Sequence record: DRR378314_1634 | Strand: one strand, 5' to 3' | Length of the DNA: 47,605 bases | Shown: one piece after another, positions 1-8,708 of the stretch | Layout of the letters: every line of letters begins with the position of its first letter | How positions within the stretch are numbered: position 1 is the stretch's first letter | Translations under genes and position numbers: made by a program | The notes under the pieces: model-generated | Databases searched by the model: none | What the model was told of the DNA's origin: nothing | What the model saw: the letters and a program-made list of their open reading frames with translations, nothing else

Positions 1-4
1 GAAT

Positions 5-363
5 TGGTGGAGCTGGCGGGAGTTGAACCCGCGTCCGCAATACCTACATCCTCGGTCCTACATGCTTAGTCAGTCATTTAGTTAATCAGTGTGACGCCGA
101 CTGACAGGCTTCACAACTGACGAGTCCGATTGGTTTTAACGCTTCAGCTCCGGACAAAGCCTCCACGCGAGTCTACATTAGTTTGAGCCATCCTGGTCCG
201 GTCTCGCAGACAAAGCGCCGGGGGATGGGCTTAGCGGGTTATTAAGCCGCTAGAGCGTAGTTGTCGTCGTTTGCAACTATTAGGTTGAGGCTTTTTACGA
301 GGCCTGCCTCACCTCGGCATGCACCTTGGGTTTCGTGTATCCCGTCGAATCCAGATCAGCCCC
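5..363 (-). ncRNA. ssrA: tmRNA (transfer-messenger RNA)
   Basis: Reverse complement starts GGGGCTGATCTGGATTCGACGGGA and ends GCGGGTTCAACTCCCGCCAGCTCCACCA. The tag frame at 274-242 reads GCA AAC GAC GAC AAC TAC GCT CTA GCG GCT TAA (ANDDNYALAA), followed by a second TAA. Confidence 0.98.
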
Positions 364-403
364 AAAGCTATTACTTACGTAACTTGTGTACTATAACTCA
401 GAC

Positions 404-439
404 ACCGCTTAAGTGCTATAAGTTCCGCACCTAAGCGGT
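404..439. terminator. Inverted repeat between elbB and ssrA (possible terminator)
   Basis: ACCGCTTAAGTGC-10 nt-GCACCTAAGCGGT, 13-bp arms with one mismatch. There is no clear U-tract on the minus strand. Confidence 0.4.
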
Positions 440-464
440 TATTTATTGCGCTTCAAGTTAGGTA

Positions 465-1118
465 TTAGGCCGCCATATACAAAACTTTTTCAACCAGCTT
501 ACTAATGCCCTCTTCCGCATCCGGCAGGTTTTCAGCCAGCATATAGGCCGGTGTGGTCACTAACTGGTGCTTGTCATCAACAACAATATCGCGAACACCG
601 CAGTTCACATGCTCGCCGCCCATTTTGTTAATGGCACTGGCGACTTCGCCGTCGTTACCAATAGTGACTTTCACACCCTTTCCGTAAATGTGCGGCAACA
701 ATACAGGGGAAATGCACATATAGCCCGCGGGTTTCTTCGCTTCAACAAAGGCTTTTCCAACTTTCAACACCTGGTCGTTTACCGTCATATCGGCACCTTT
801 AACGGCAAAATCGCAGAAGTTCTTGGCAACACCAAAACCGCCCGGCAATATTAACGCGTCAAACTCTGCTGAATCTAAATCAGTTAAAGGTTTGACCTCA
901 CCGCGGGTAATACGTGCAGCTTCTTCCAGAACATTGCGCTTATCGCCGCTTTCCTCACCCTTAAGGTGGTTAATGGTGTGCATTTGTTCAATGTCTGGTG
1001 CAAAGCATTCGTAGCTGGCACCCTGCTTTGCTATGTGCAATAGGGTTAATACAGCTTCGTTCACTTCGGCTCCGTCAAAAACACCAGAGCCGGATAAAAT
1101 AACTGCTACTTTTTTCAT
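465..1118 (-). CDS. elbB: ElbB/ES1-family glyoxalase (DJ-1/PfpI superfamily)
   Basis: 217 aa with typical motifs MKKVAVILSGSGVFDGAE, LPGGFGVAKN, MCISP and VTTPAYM. Confidence 0.93.
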   Translation of the reverse strand: MKKVAVILSGSGVFDGAEVNEAVLTLLHIAKQGASYECFAPDIEQMHTINHLKGEESGDKRNVLEEAARITRGEVKPLTDLDSAEFDALILPGGFGVAKNFCDFAVKGADMTVNDQVLKVGKAFVEAKKPAGYMCISPVLLPHIYGKGVKVTIGNDGEVASAINKMGGEHVNCGVRDIVVDDKHQLVTTPAYMLAENLPDAEEGISKLVEKVLYMAA

Positions 1119-1153
1119 AGTCGAAACCTCCTGTCCGCTACTTAAAATTCGCT

Positions 1154-2272
1154 TTAATCCTGTTCAATGTGCGCGTCGTTTTCATCGCGCCACTTCCACT
1201 CATTCTCAAGTGTAGCGGTTGGTTGCAGCATGGCAAAATCTAACTGGCGTATTGGCTCGGAAGACTTAATGCGAATTGGAAAGTCCGGATTCGCTAACGA
1301 CGTTTTCGCCATAGCCAGCAAAGCATTAGGGTAATGTCCCGCAACATGCTCATAGTTTTTCTCGCTAATACCGCCATTTACAATTAACGGAATGTCCGAA
1401 AACTCCTGCACAATGTCGCCCAATGACTTATTACTGCCACCTTTAAATGGCTTACGCATTACGTCCGTATCTGTTGTGTGAATGTAATCCACTCCAGCTT
1501 TCTCCATCGCCTTCACCACTTTTATCATGGCGTCCTCGCCTTCCGGCCACTGATAATCAGAGTCAGTCACGGTAATTTGGCTTAAACGCACACCGACAAT
1601 GAAGTCGTCGCCTGCGGCGGATTTCGCGGCCTTAACCACTAATTCCAGAAAATGCATGCGTTTTGCCATGTCTCCGCCCCACTGGTCAGGGCGCTGGTTA
1701 AAGTAGTCACTTAAAAACTCATTCAGTAAGTACCCATTAGCTGCGTGCAACTCAACCCCGTCAAAACCTGCCTCTTTAGCCCGGTTTACGGCACCAACAA
1801 AACCGTTCATAACGGCATCAAAATCCGTTTCATCCATGGCTTTCACTTCGGGCCAGCCGTCGGTTTTGCCATACAAGTCCAGCGGTTCACCTTTAGGCTT
1901 TACTTCGCTGGGCGCAATGGGTGTATCTGTGTATTCATTATGCTGGAACTGAGCGCCAGCATGCATCAACTGCATAATAAACTTGCAGTCATGCTTGTGT
2001 ACTCGTTCGACAATTTCTTTCCAGGCGTCGGTTTGTGGTGCGTCGGTAATGCCCGGCTGATTTTCATAGCCCTGACTTGCCTGCCGGTCTGTGTATACGC
2101 CTTCGCTGATGATCATGCTCCAGCCACCTTTCGCGAAACGCTCGTAATACTCGCCCATTAACTCCGTTGGCTTGCCCTTCTTGTCGGCACTGGTTCGTGT
2201 CATGGGAGCCACAACAAAACGGTTCTCAAGCTTGTGGCCTTTTAATTCAAAATCATCAAATGCTGAACTCAT
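1154..2272 (-). CDS. NADH:flavin oxidoreductase, Old Yellow Enzyme family
   Basis: Motifs NRFVVAPMTR, QLMHAG, AGFDGVELHAANGYLL and NQRPDQWGG. Start moved to ATG 2272, which follows an AAGGA Shine-Dalgarno. Confidence 0.9.
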   Translation of the reverse strand: MSSAFDDFELKGHKLENRFVVAPMTRTSADKKGKPTELMGEYYERFAKGGWSMIISEGVYTDRQASQGYENQPGITDAPQTDAWKEIVERVHKHDCKFIMQLMHAGAQFQHNEYTDTPIAPSEVKPKGEPLDLYGKTDGWPEVKAMDETDFDAVMNGFVGAVNRAKEAGFDGVELHAANGYLLNEFLSDYFNQRPDQWGGDMAKRMHFLELVVKAAKSAAGDDFIVGVRLSQITVTDSDYQWPEGEDAMIKVVKAMEKAGVDYIHTTDTDVMRKPFKGGSNKSLGDIVQEFSDIPLIVNGGISEKNYEHVAGHYPNALLAMAKTSLANPDFPIRIKSSEPIRQLDFAMLQPTATLENEWKWRDENDAHIEQD

Positions 2273-2344
2273 ACGGAATTCCTTTTTCATCTAATACTGT
2301 TATATGACTTTGAGCATAATTACGCAGAATTCAAGGGGAATTGA

Positions 2345-3487
2345 TCACTTTGTTGTTAAATCAGCTGAAAGTACAACCGCTGCTTTTTGCTTACGACCAC
2401 CGTAGCCAAAGGCTTTGCTGAAGGTACTTATAGGCACCGGTAAATACTGACGTTCGGTAGGAGATTCCCAGGGCAAGGTGTCGTAATCGGGGTCATTGAT
2501 ATAAATGAAGTCATCGTCCGCTGCGCAAATTAAAACCCAATGCGGCGCCCGAATACCATCAAACTGATAAGTAGAAATAAGCACCATAACCAGACAGCCC
2601 TGGCTTAAGTCCTCTTTTATTAAGGTTACGTCGTAATCGCGCACAACAATGGGAACACCATGTTTTTCCAAGTACGTCATATCGGCCTGCTGTATACGCT
2701 GCATTACCGTTTTTTTCTGCTCTTGACGAACCGAATCCACAAATAGTGGCTGGTCGGTATTCACTTCCACCCGAACTTTCAGGCCACGCTGAAACGCCGC
2801 CCGCGCAAGCCCATGAGGGCCGCAGCCACCGTGCCCGGAGGTCATATAAATGGTCGTCGCCTGACGCCAAATTTCCAGCTCTTCGGCTTGCGGGTCGCTA
2901 CTGGGCCGGCCGAAGTAGTCCATAGCCATTAGCAAGCTTGCGGGGCCGCAGGTAAACTCCGTCGACTGGGTCAGCATAGGAACGTATTCTTCAGTTGCTC
3001 CCACGCCCGCATCTTCGCCCATTTCGTAACGAGGCAACAGTTTTTGCAGAACCAGAGCATCAGTCGATTGCGATGCAGAAGGCGGGAAATAGGCTTCACG
3101 GAGCTCTATTGCCCGGAAGCCTTCGCTGTTCATCAACTGTTGCCCTATTGTATTTGAGGTTGCCACCTCGGTACGTAAAAACAGGGAATGCCGTTCATCA
3201 GCAAGGTCTTCTGCAGCTTGCAACAAACGGCGACCATAGCCATTACTACGATGCTCCTTTTCGACAACCAACGCATAGAGTCGAGCCAGATTCGTATTAT
3301 TTCGGTACAGGACAACGGTATAACCAATGACCTTTTCGTTCAGCAGTAACACCTGAAAATCGGCACTAGGCGACTCAATAAACCGCCGAAAACTACGCTT
3401 ACTGATCGCATCTTCGGGGAAAGTGACAGCTTCTAGCGCCGCTACCGCGTCTAAATGCTCATTACGTGCCGGTTGGATACTGGCCAT
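2345..3487 (-). CDS. RimI-like GNAT acetyltransferase fused to a peptidase C39-like (DUF3335-type) domain
   Basis: N-terminal GNAT motif A (HRSNGYGRRLL). C-terminal QSTEFTCGPASL, GHGGCGPHGLA, PHWV and INDP give a papain-like Cys/His/Asp set. Confidence 0.85.
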   Translation of the reverse strand: MASIQPARNEHLDAVAALEAVTFPEDAISKRSFRRFIESPSADFQVLLLNEKVIGYTVVLYRNNTNLARLYALVVEKEHRSNGYGRRLLQAAEDLADERHSLFLRTEVATSNTIGQQLMNSEGFRAIELREAYFPPSASQSTDALVLQKLLPRYEMGEDAGVGATEEYVPMLTQSTEFTCGPASLLMAMDYFGRPSSDPQAEELEIWRQATTIYMTSGHGGCGPHGLARAAFQRGLKVRVEVNTDQPLFVDSVRQEQKKTVMQRIQQADMTYLEKHGVPIVVRDYDVTLIKEDLSQGCLVMVLISTYQFDGIRAPHWVLICAADDDFIYINDPDYDTLPWESPTERQYLPVPISTFSKAFGYGGRKQKAAVVLSADLTTK

Positions 3488-3503
3488 AAAATAAAACCCC
3501 TTA

Positions 3504-3556
3504 ATTTTACGCAGATTTTACGCCTAAAGACGCTTTCGGTATAGAGATTTTACGCC
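3504..3556 (+). promoter_or_regulatory. Phased direct-repeat array, candidate KdpE/OmpR-family operator
   Basis: ATTTTACGC at 3504, 3515 and 3547, with a degenerate TAAAGACGC at 3525. ACGC cores are 11, 10 and 22 bp apart, upstream of an operon encoding a KdpE-like regulator. Confidence 0.6.
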
Positions 3557-3609
3557 CTGCAGAATTACTCTTAGCAATAGAAAAAGTCGGTTCTTCGTAT
3601 GAGGTAACA

Positions 3610-5061
3610 GTGAATCTAAAAGCAACGTTGCGCCTATTAACCTGGCCTATGATCTGGATTGCCTCAATTCAGTGTTTTTTTGGTTTGCTTTCGGTTTTTG
3701 TCTTTAGGGACAAAACCTTTACCGACTTTATTTATTCCTCTTTGCTCTGCCTTGTTCTCGCGCTCTTTCTATTCATACGCACTAATAACGGCGAGCAAAA
3801 GAAAATCTTTTTCCGCGAAGCCTTGGCGTTCGCTTCATTCACCTGGATTTTAATAGGCGTTCTGGGAGCATTACCCATTATGTCTGTTACCGGGGTTAGC
3901 TTTACCGACGCAGTATTTGAGTCGGTCAGCGCTATGACCACCACCGGTGCCACCATTCTCACCGGCCTTGATGAAATGCCCAAAAGCTTTTTACTGTACC
4001 GCCAGTTTCTGCAATGGATGGGCGGGCTCGGTATCGTGATTTTTGTAGTCGCCATTCTTCCCATGCTAAACGTGGGTGGCATGCGCCTGCTTAAGGCTGA
4101 AACTCCGGGTCCCATTAAAAATGAGAAGTTAGCACCACGTGTTGCGAGTACAAGCCGTTACCTCTGGTTAGTTTACCTGTGCCTGACAATAGGCTGTGCC
4201 GGCAGTTACTGGCTGGCCGGAATGTCTCCTTTCGATGCCATAGCTCATAGTCTGACGACCGTATCAACCGGCGGGTTTTCGCCCTACGACGCCAGTATGG
4301 GCCACTTTCAGCAACCAATTATTCTTATAGTTGCCGATGTGTTTATGATTCTGGGGGCTATCAGTTTTGCCCTGCACCATAAACTGTTTACAGCCAGAGC
4401 CATAAGTGGCTACTGGAAAGACGAGGAAACTCGCTGGTTTTTAATTGCATTGGCCGTTTTCAGCGTTATTCTTACCGCTCTGGCATTTAACGCTCAAACT
4501 CACCATTCCTTCGGGGAGTCTCTGAATCAGGCGGTTTTTCATGTCGTTTCCTTTATGACCAGTACCGGTTACGGTGCCGATGACCTTTCGGCGTGGCCTG
4601 CGGCTACTGCTGGCTTTTTAGTGGCTGCCAGTTACCTGGGCGGCTGCGCCGGGTCAACTGCCGGAGGCAACAAATTTATCCGTAATGTCATTACCTTACG
4701 CATCCTGAAACACCAAATGCTGCAGGCCATCCACCCGCGTGCCATTCTGAAAGTGGTGTATCAGGGAAAAGCGGTGACTAACGACGTGATTCAGGCGGTA
4801 ATGAGCTTTATGCTAATGGTCGCAATTAGTTCCATGGTGCTTACCCTCATACTGATGCTGACCGGGCTGGATTTTTTCTCGGCATTTACCGCCGTTTCGG
4901 CGTGTCTGAACGTACTTGGTCCGGGTTTTGGCGAAGTTTCCAGTAACTTTATTCCGGTATCAGACACCGGAACCTGGGTACTGACGTTAGCAATGATTTT
5001 AGGACGCCTTGAATACTTTACTTTGCTAACATTGTTACTTCCTCAATTCTGGCGGGACTAG
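3610..5061 (+). CDS. trkH: TrkH-family potassium uptake membrane protein
   Basis: 483 aa, polytopic. Four P-loop motifs (TTTGAT, STGGFS, TSTGYG, NVLGPG), the intramembrane loop GGCAGSTAGGNK and C-terminal GRLE. Confidence 0.92.
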   Translation: MNLKATLRLLTWPMIWIASIQCFFGLLSVFVFRDKTFTDFIYSSLLCLVLALFLFIRTNNGEQKKIFFREALAFASFTWILIGVLGALPIMSVTGVSFTDAVFESVSAMTTTGATILTGLDEMPKSFLLYRQFLQWMGGLGIVIFVVAILPMLNVGGMRLLKAETPGPIKNEKLAPRVASTSRYLWLVYLCLTIGCAGSYWLAGMSPFDAIAHSLTTVSTGGFSPYDASMGHFQQPIILIVADVFMILGAISFALHHKLFTARAISGYWKDEETRWFLIALAVFSVILTALAFNAQTHHSFGESLNQAVFHVVSFMTSTGYGADDLSAWPAATAGFLVAASYLGGCAGSTAGGNKFIRNVITLRILKHQMLQAIHPRAILKVVYQGKAVTNDVIQAVMSFMLMVAISSMVLTLILMLTGLDFFSAFTAVSACLNVLGPGFGEVSSNFIPVSDTGTWVLTLAMILGRLEYFTLLTLLLPQFWRD

Positions 5062-5077
5062 CACATGAGATTAGAAC

Positions 5078-6109
5078 ATGAGTAAACAGCCCTGGTTAGG
5101 TTACCTGGCCTCCGTTGCCATCACCGGCACCGCGGCGGGTCTTGCTTACCTGCTCGATCACTGGTTATTGCCCACCTCCGGCACGGTACTCATTCTGCAA
5201 CTGGCGGTGTTGCTTATTGCATTTTTAACCAATTTTCGCGCGGCACTACTTGCCGTTGTTCTGGCCTTGCTGCTGTTTAATTTTTTATTTACAGAACCGC
5301 GCTATTCGCTGCACATGACTGACATAGACGAAATGGTTACTGCAATTGTATTTATTGCCGTGGGCGTTATTACCAGCCACTTAGTCACCTTGTTCAGAAA
5401 CCAAAAAGAAAGCTTACGTCAGGCCCAGCTGCGCTCAAACATTCTGCTATCGGTTTCACACGACCTGAGAACCCCGCTGGCCAGCGTCATTGGCAATTTA
5501 AGTACATTGCAGGCGTATCAGGAACGTTTGCCGGAACAAGAACGGGCCGAGCTGTTACAGGGGGCGCTGGATGAAAGTGACCGCCTGCATCGTTATATCG
5601 AAAACTTGTTACAGGCCACACGACTACAGCACGGCGAAATTCGTCTGACTCATGCAGTGCAGGATATTCGTCCGGTTATCAGTAAAACGCTTTCGCGCTT
5701 TGCTTCACAAGAACGGTTACTGGTTAAAGATAACCTGCAGCACGCTATGGTTGAGGTTCAGTCCTCGCTGCTGGAGCAGGCATTGTTTAATGTCATTGAT
5801 AACGCTATGCGCTTTTCCGGCGAGACAGCGCCGGTTACTTTGTCACTGTCAGAAACCGACAAGTTCATTGTCATTGATATTAAAGATGAAGGCCCCGGCA
5901 TAGAAACCAGTAAGCGCTCGCTTGTATTTAATGTTTTTTATTCGTCGCGCGAGAAAGACTCAGGCACTGGCGGAACCGGTCTGGGGCTGTCTGTTGCTAA
6001 AGGAATAATCGATATTCATAACGGCCACATAGGTATTGAAGAAAGCCCTGATGGCTGCCTTGTCCGAATTAAATTACCACGCGCCAACATCACAGAGGAA
6101 GTCTCATGA
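5078..6109 (+). CDS. Short KdpD-like sensor histidine kinase (DUF4118-type TM region, HisKA, HATPase)
   Basis: Four hydrophobic segments with FNFLFTEPRYSL, H-box SVSHDLRTPL, and N/G boxes NVIDNA, DEGPGI, GTGLGLSV. Only 343 aa. Confidence 0.85.
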   Translation: MSKQPWLGYLASVAITGTAAGLAYLLDHWLLPTSGTVLILQLAVLLIAFLTNFRAALLAVVLALLLFNFLFTEPRYSLHMTDIDEMVTAIVFIAVGVITSHLVTLFRNQKESLRQAQLRSNILLSVSHDLRTPLASVIGNLSTLQAYQERLPEQERAELLQGALDESDRLHRYIENLLQATRLQHGEIRLTHAVQDIRPVISKTLSRFASQERLLVKDNLQHAMVEVQSSLLEQALFNVIDNAMRFSGETAPVTLSLSETDKFIVIDIKDEGPGIETSKRSLVFNVFYSSREKDSGTGGTGLGLSVAKGIIDIHNGHIGIEESPDGCLVRIKLPRANITEEVS

Positions 6110-6819
6110 ATGCACAAGCCCGCACCGGCGGCCCCCGCATTTTAGTCATTGATGACGAACCACAGATACGACGCTTTATGCGTGCCTCGCTCACCGCCGA
6201 AGGTTACACCTACCTGGAAGCAGCGACAGCCGGGCAAGGGATAAAGCAGATTACCAGCCAGAACCCGCATTTGGTTGTTCTGGACTTAGGTCTGCCTGAC
6301 GCTGACGGCTATCAGGTAATGCGACAGCTGCGCGAATGGAGTCAGGTGCCGGTACTGGTACTGACCGCACGTGACGACGAACTGCAGAAAGTTAAACTAC
6401 TGGAAGGCGGTGCTAACGACTACCTGACCAAACCCTTTGGTATTCGGGAGCTTATGGCGCGTATTCATGTTTTATTACGCGACCTCTCCATTGAACAACC
6501 CACAGCCGAGGCTCAGCTTCGTTTTGGTGAGTTACTCATCGACCGCGAGCAACACAAAGTGTTTCTGCAAAACGAGATAGTTAACTTGTCCCGTAAAGAA
6601 TACGCCTTACTGGATTTTTTAGTCAGCCACCCGCAAAAACTCGTTACTCAGCAACAGTTGCTGGAGAAAATTTGGGGCCAAACACACCAGGAAGACACCC
6701 ACTATTTGCGTATTTTTGTCAGCCAGGTACGTAAAAAGCTCAAAGATGACCCGGCGCAGCCAAAGTATATAGAAACAGAACCCGGTGTCGGCTACCGGTT
6801 TATCGCAGAGAAATCCTGA
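6106..6819 (+). CDS. kdpE: KdpE-like OmpR-family response regulator
   Basis: ILVIDDEPQIRRF, LDLGLPD, GANDYLTKPF, THYLRIFVSQVRKKL and DPAQPKYIETEPGVGYRF. ATGA overlap with the kinase. Confidence 0.85.
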   Translation: MNAQARTGGPRILVIDDEPQIRRFMRASLTAEGYTYLEAATAGQGIKQITSQNPHLVVLDLGLPDADGYQVMRQLREWSQVPVLVLTARDDELQKVKLLEGGANDYLTKPFGIRELMARIHVLLRDLSIEQPTAEAQLRFGELLIDREQHKVFLQNEIVNLSRKEYALLDFLVSHPQKLVTQQQLLEKIWGQTHQEDTHYLRIFVSQVRKKLKDDPAQPKYIETEPGVGYRFIAEKS

Positions 6820-6903
6820 CACAATAAGGGGCCGCTTAAGCTACCTTTTCTGGCTTAAATCGTGTTAAACTTGCGCGCAAATTTTGCCAGTCGGGATTAT
6901 TCT

Positions 6904-7959
6904 GTGAGCGATAAAAAACCTTCTTTAAGTTATAAAGACGCGGGCGTCGACATTGACGCTGGTAATGCATTGGTTGAACGTATTAAAGGCGTTACCAAGC
7001 GCACGCACCGGCCTGAAGTCATGGGTAACATTGGTGGGTTTGGTGCTCTGTGTGAAATTCCGGCGGGTTATAAACAACCGGTTCTGGTGTCCGGCACCGA
7101 CGGTGTAGGTACCAAGCTACGTTTAGCCATAGACCTTAAGCGCCACCGCGGTGTGGGTATCGACCTGGTTGCTATGTGCGTCAACGACCTTATTGTACAA
7201 GGCGCTGAGCCACTGTTCTTCCTTGACTACTACGCAACAGGCAAACTGGACGTAGACGTAGCAGCTGACGTGGTTGCCGGTATCGGCGACGGCTGTGAAC
7301 AGTCGGGTTGTGCTCTTATTGGTGGGGAAACCGCAGAAATGCCAGGCATGTACGAAGGCGGCGATTATGACTTAGCCGGTTTCTGTACCGGTGTGGTGGA
7401 AAAGTCTGAAATTATTGACGGCACCAAAGTTGCCGACGGCGATGCCTTAATTGCTCTGGCTTCAAGCGGACCTCATTCAAATGGTTACTCGCTTATTCGC
7501 AAAATTATTGAAGTGAGCGGTGCCGATTTAGAGTCTCATCTGCAAGGCAAAACACTGGCTGATCATTTATTAGAACCTACCCGCATTTACGTTAAACCGG
7601 TTCTGGAGCTGATTAAACACGTACCTGTACATGCATTGTCACACATTACCGGTGGCGGCTTCTGGGAAAACATTCCACGCGTTTTACCGAAAGGCAGCAA
7701 AGCCGTTATTGATGGCAACAGCTGGGACTGGCCAGTTATTTTTGACTGGTTAAAAGAGAACGGCAATGTCAGCATGAAAGAAATGTACCGCACCTTTAAC
7801 TGTGGTGTGGGTATGGTTATTGCGGTACCCAACGAGCAAGCAGATAAAGCCATTCAAATTCTGACAGACGCCGGTGAAGACGCCTGGAAAATTGGCCGTA
7901 TTGCAAACGCGGCTGAAGGCGAAGAGCAAGTCGACATTCTGGCCGACGAGACTCACTAA
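6904..7959 (+). CDS. purM: Phosphoribosylformylglycinamidine cyclo-ligase
   Basis: [29 protein letters not shown] and HITGGG. Probable GTG start at 6904. Confidence 0.97.
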   Translation: MSDKKPSLSYKDAGVDIDAGNALVERIKGVTKRTHRPEVMGNIGGFGALCEIPAGYKQPVLVSGTDGVGTKLRLAIDLKRHRGVGIDLVAMCVNDLIVQGAEPLFFLDYYATGKLDVDVAADVVAGIGDGCEQSGCALIGGETAEMPGMYEGGDYDLAGFCTGVVEKSEIIDGTKVADGDALIALASSGPHSNGYSLIRKIIEVSGADLESHLQGKTLADHLLEPTRIYVKPVLELIKHVPVHALSHITGGGFWENIPRVLPKGSKAVIDGNSWDWPVIFDWLKENGNVSMKEMYRTFNCGVGMVIAVPNEQADKAIQILTDAGEDAWKIGRIANAAEGEEQVDILADETH

Positions 7960-8597
7960 TGAAACGTATTGTTGTACTAATTTCAGGTACCGGTAGTAAT
8001 ATGCAGGCCATTCAACAGGCCTGCGAAGATGAAAAAGTAACAGGTGAAATCGTTGCGGTTATTTCCAATAAAGCCTCGGCTAAAGGTCTGGAAAAAGCTG
8101 CAGCTAAAGGCATTGATGCCGAAGTGCTGAGCCATAAAGAGTTTGACTCGCGTGAAGCTTATGACGCCGAACTGAAATCACTGATTGACAGTTATCAGCC
8201 TGACTTAGTGGTTTTGGCGGGCTTTATGCGCATTCTTACAGGTGATTTTACACGCCATTATGAAGGCCGCATGTTCAACATTCACCCTTCTCTTCTGCCT
8301 AAATATAAAGGTGTGAATACGCACCAGCGCGCATTAGACGCGGGCGATACCGAACACGGCGTGAGTGTGCATTTTGTGACAGAAGAACTCGACGGTGGTC
8401 CCGTGGTATTGCAGGCCAAAGTGCCTATTTTTGAGGGCGACACAGTGGAAGAAGTTCAGGCTCGCGTGCACGAGCAGGAACACCGTATTTATCCGCTTGT
8501 GGTTAACTGGTTTTGTCAGAACAGGCTTAAACTGGAAGGCGGCCGGGTAACGCTTGACGGCGAAGTCCTGGGCGCTCAAGGCTACGCAACCGAATAA
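7959..8597 (+). CDS. purN: Phosphoribosylglycinamide formyltransferase
   Basis: LISGTGSNMQAI, LAGFMRIL, NIHPSLLP and ELDGGP. Its start overlaps the purM stop. Confidence 0.97.
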   Translation: MKRIVVLISGTGSNMQAIQQACEDEKVTGEIVAVISNKASAKGLEKAAAKGIDAEVLSHKEFDSREAYDAELKSLIDSYQPDLVVLAGFMRILTGDFTRHYEGRMFNIHPSLLPKYKGVNTHQRALDAGDTEHGVSVHFVTEELDGGPVVLQAKVPIFEGDTVEEVQARVHEQEHRIYPLVVNWFCQNRLKLEGGRVTLDGEVLGAQGYATE

Positions 8598-8601
8598 TTG
8601 C

Positions 8602-8664
8602 GTAGCCTGACATTTATGTCAGGTGAGGTATTGAACATTGAACCTGACATGAATGTCAGGCTAC
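8602..8664. repeat. GTAG-family REP doublet (REPIN-like)
   Basis: GTAG-CCTGACAT-TT-ATGTCAGG (8602-8623) and an inverted copy (8643-8664, reverse complement GTAG-CCTGACAT-TC-ATGTCAGG), between convergent genes. Confidence 0.8.
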
Positions 8665-8708
8665 ATAAATGCCAGAGCAGATACATATCGTGTCAAACAA
8701 GCACTAGT

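Noticed and set aside
6872..6890. PurR-like box GCGCAAATTTTGCC upstream of purM
   Set aside because: It lacks the central AAACGTTT core.
3504..8664. Short repeats as a possible CRISPR array
   Set aside because: Repeats are too short or inverted, there are no spacer-sized unique intervals, and there are no cas genes.
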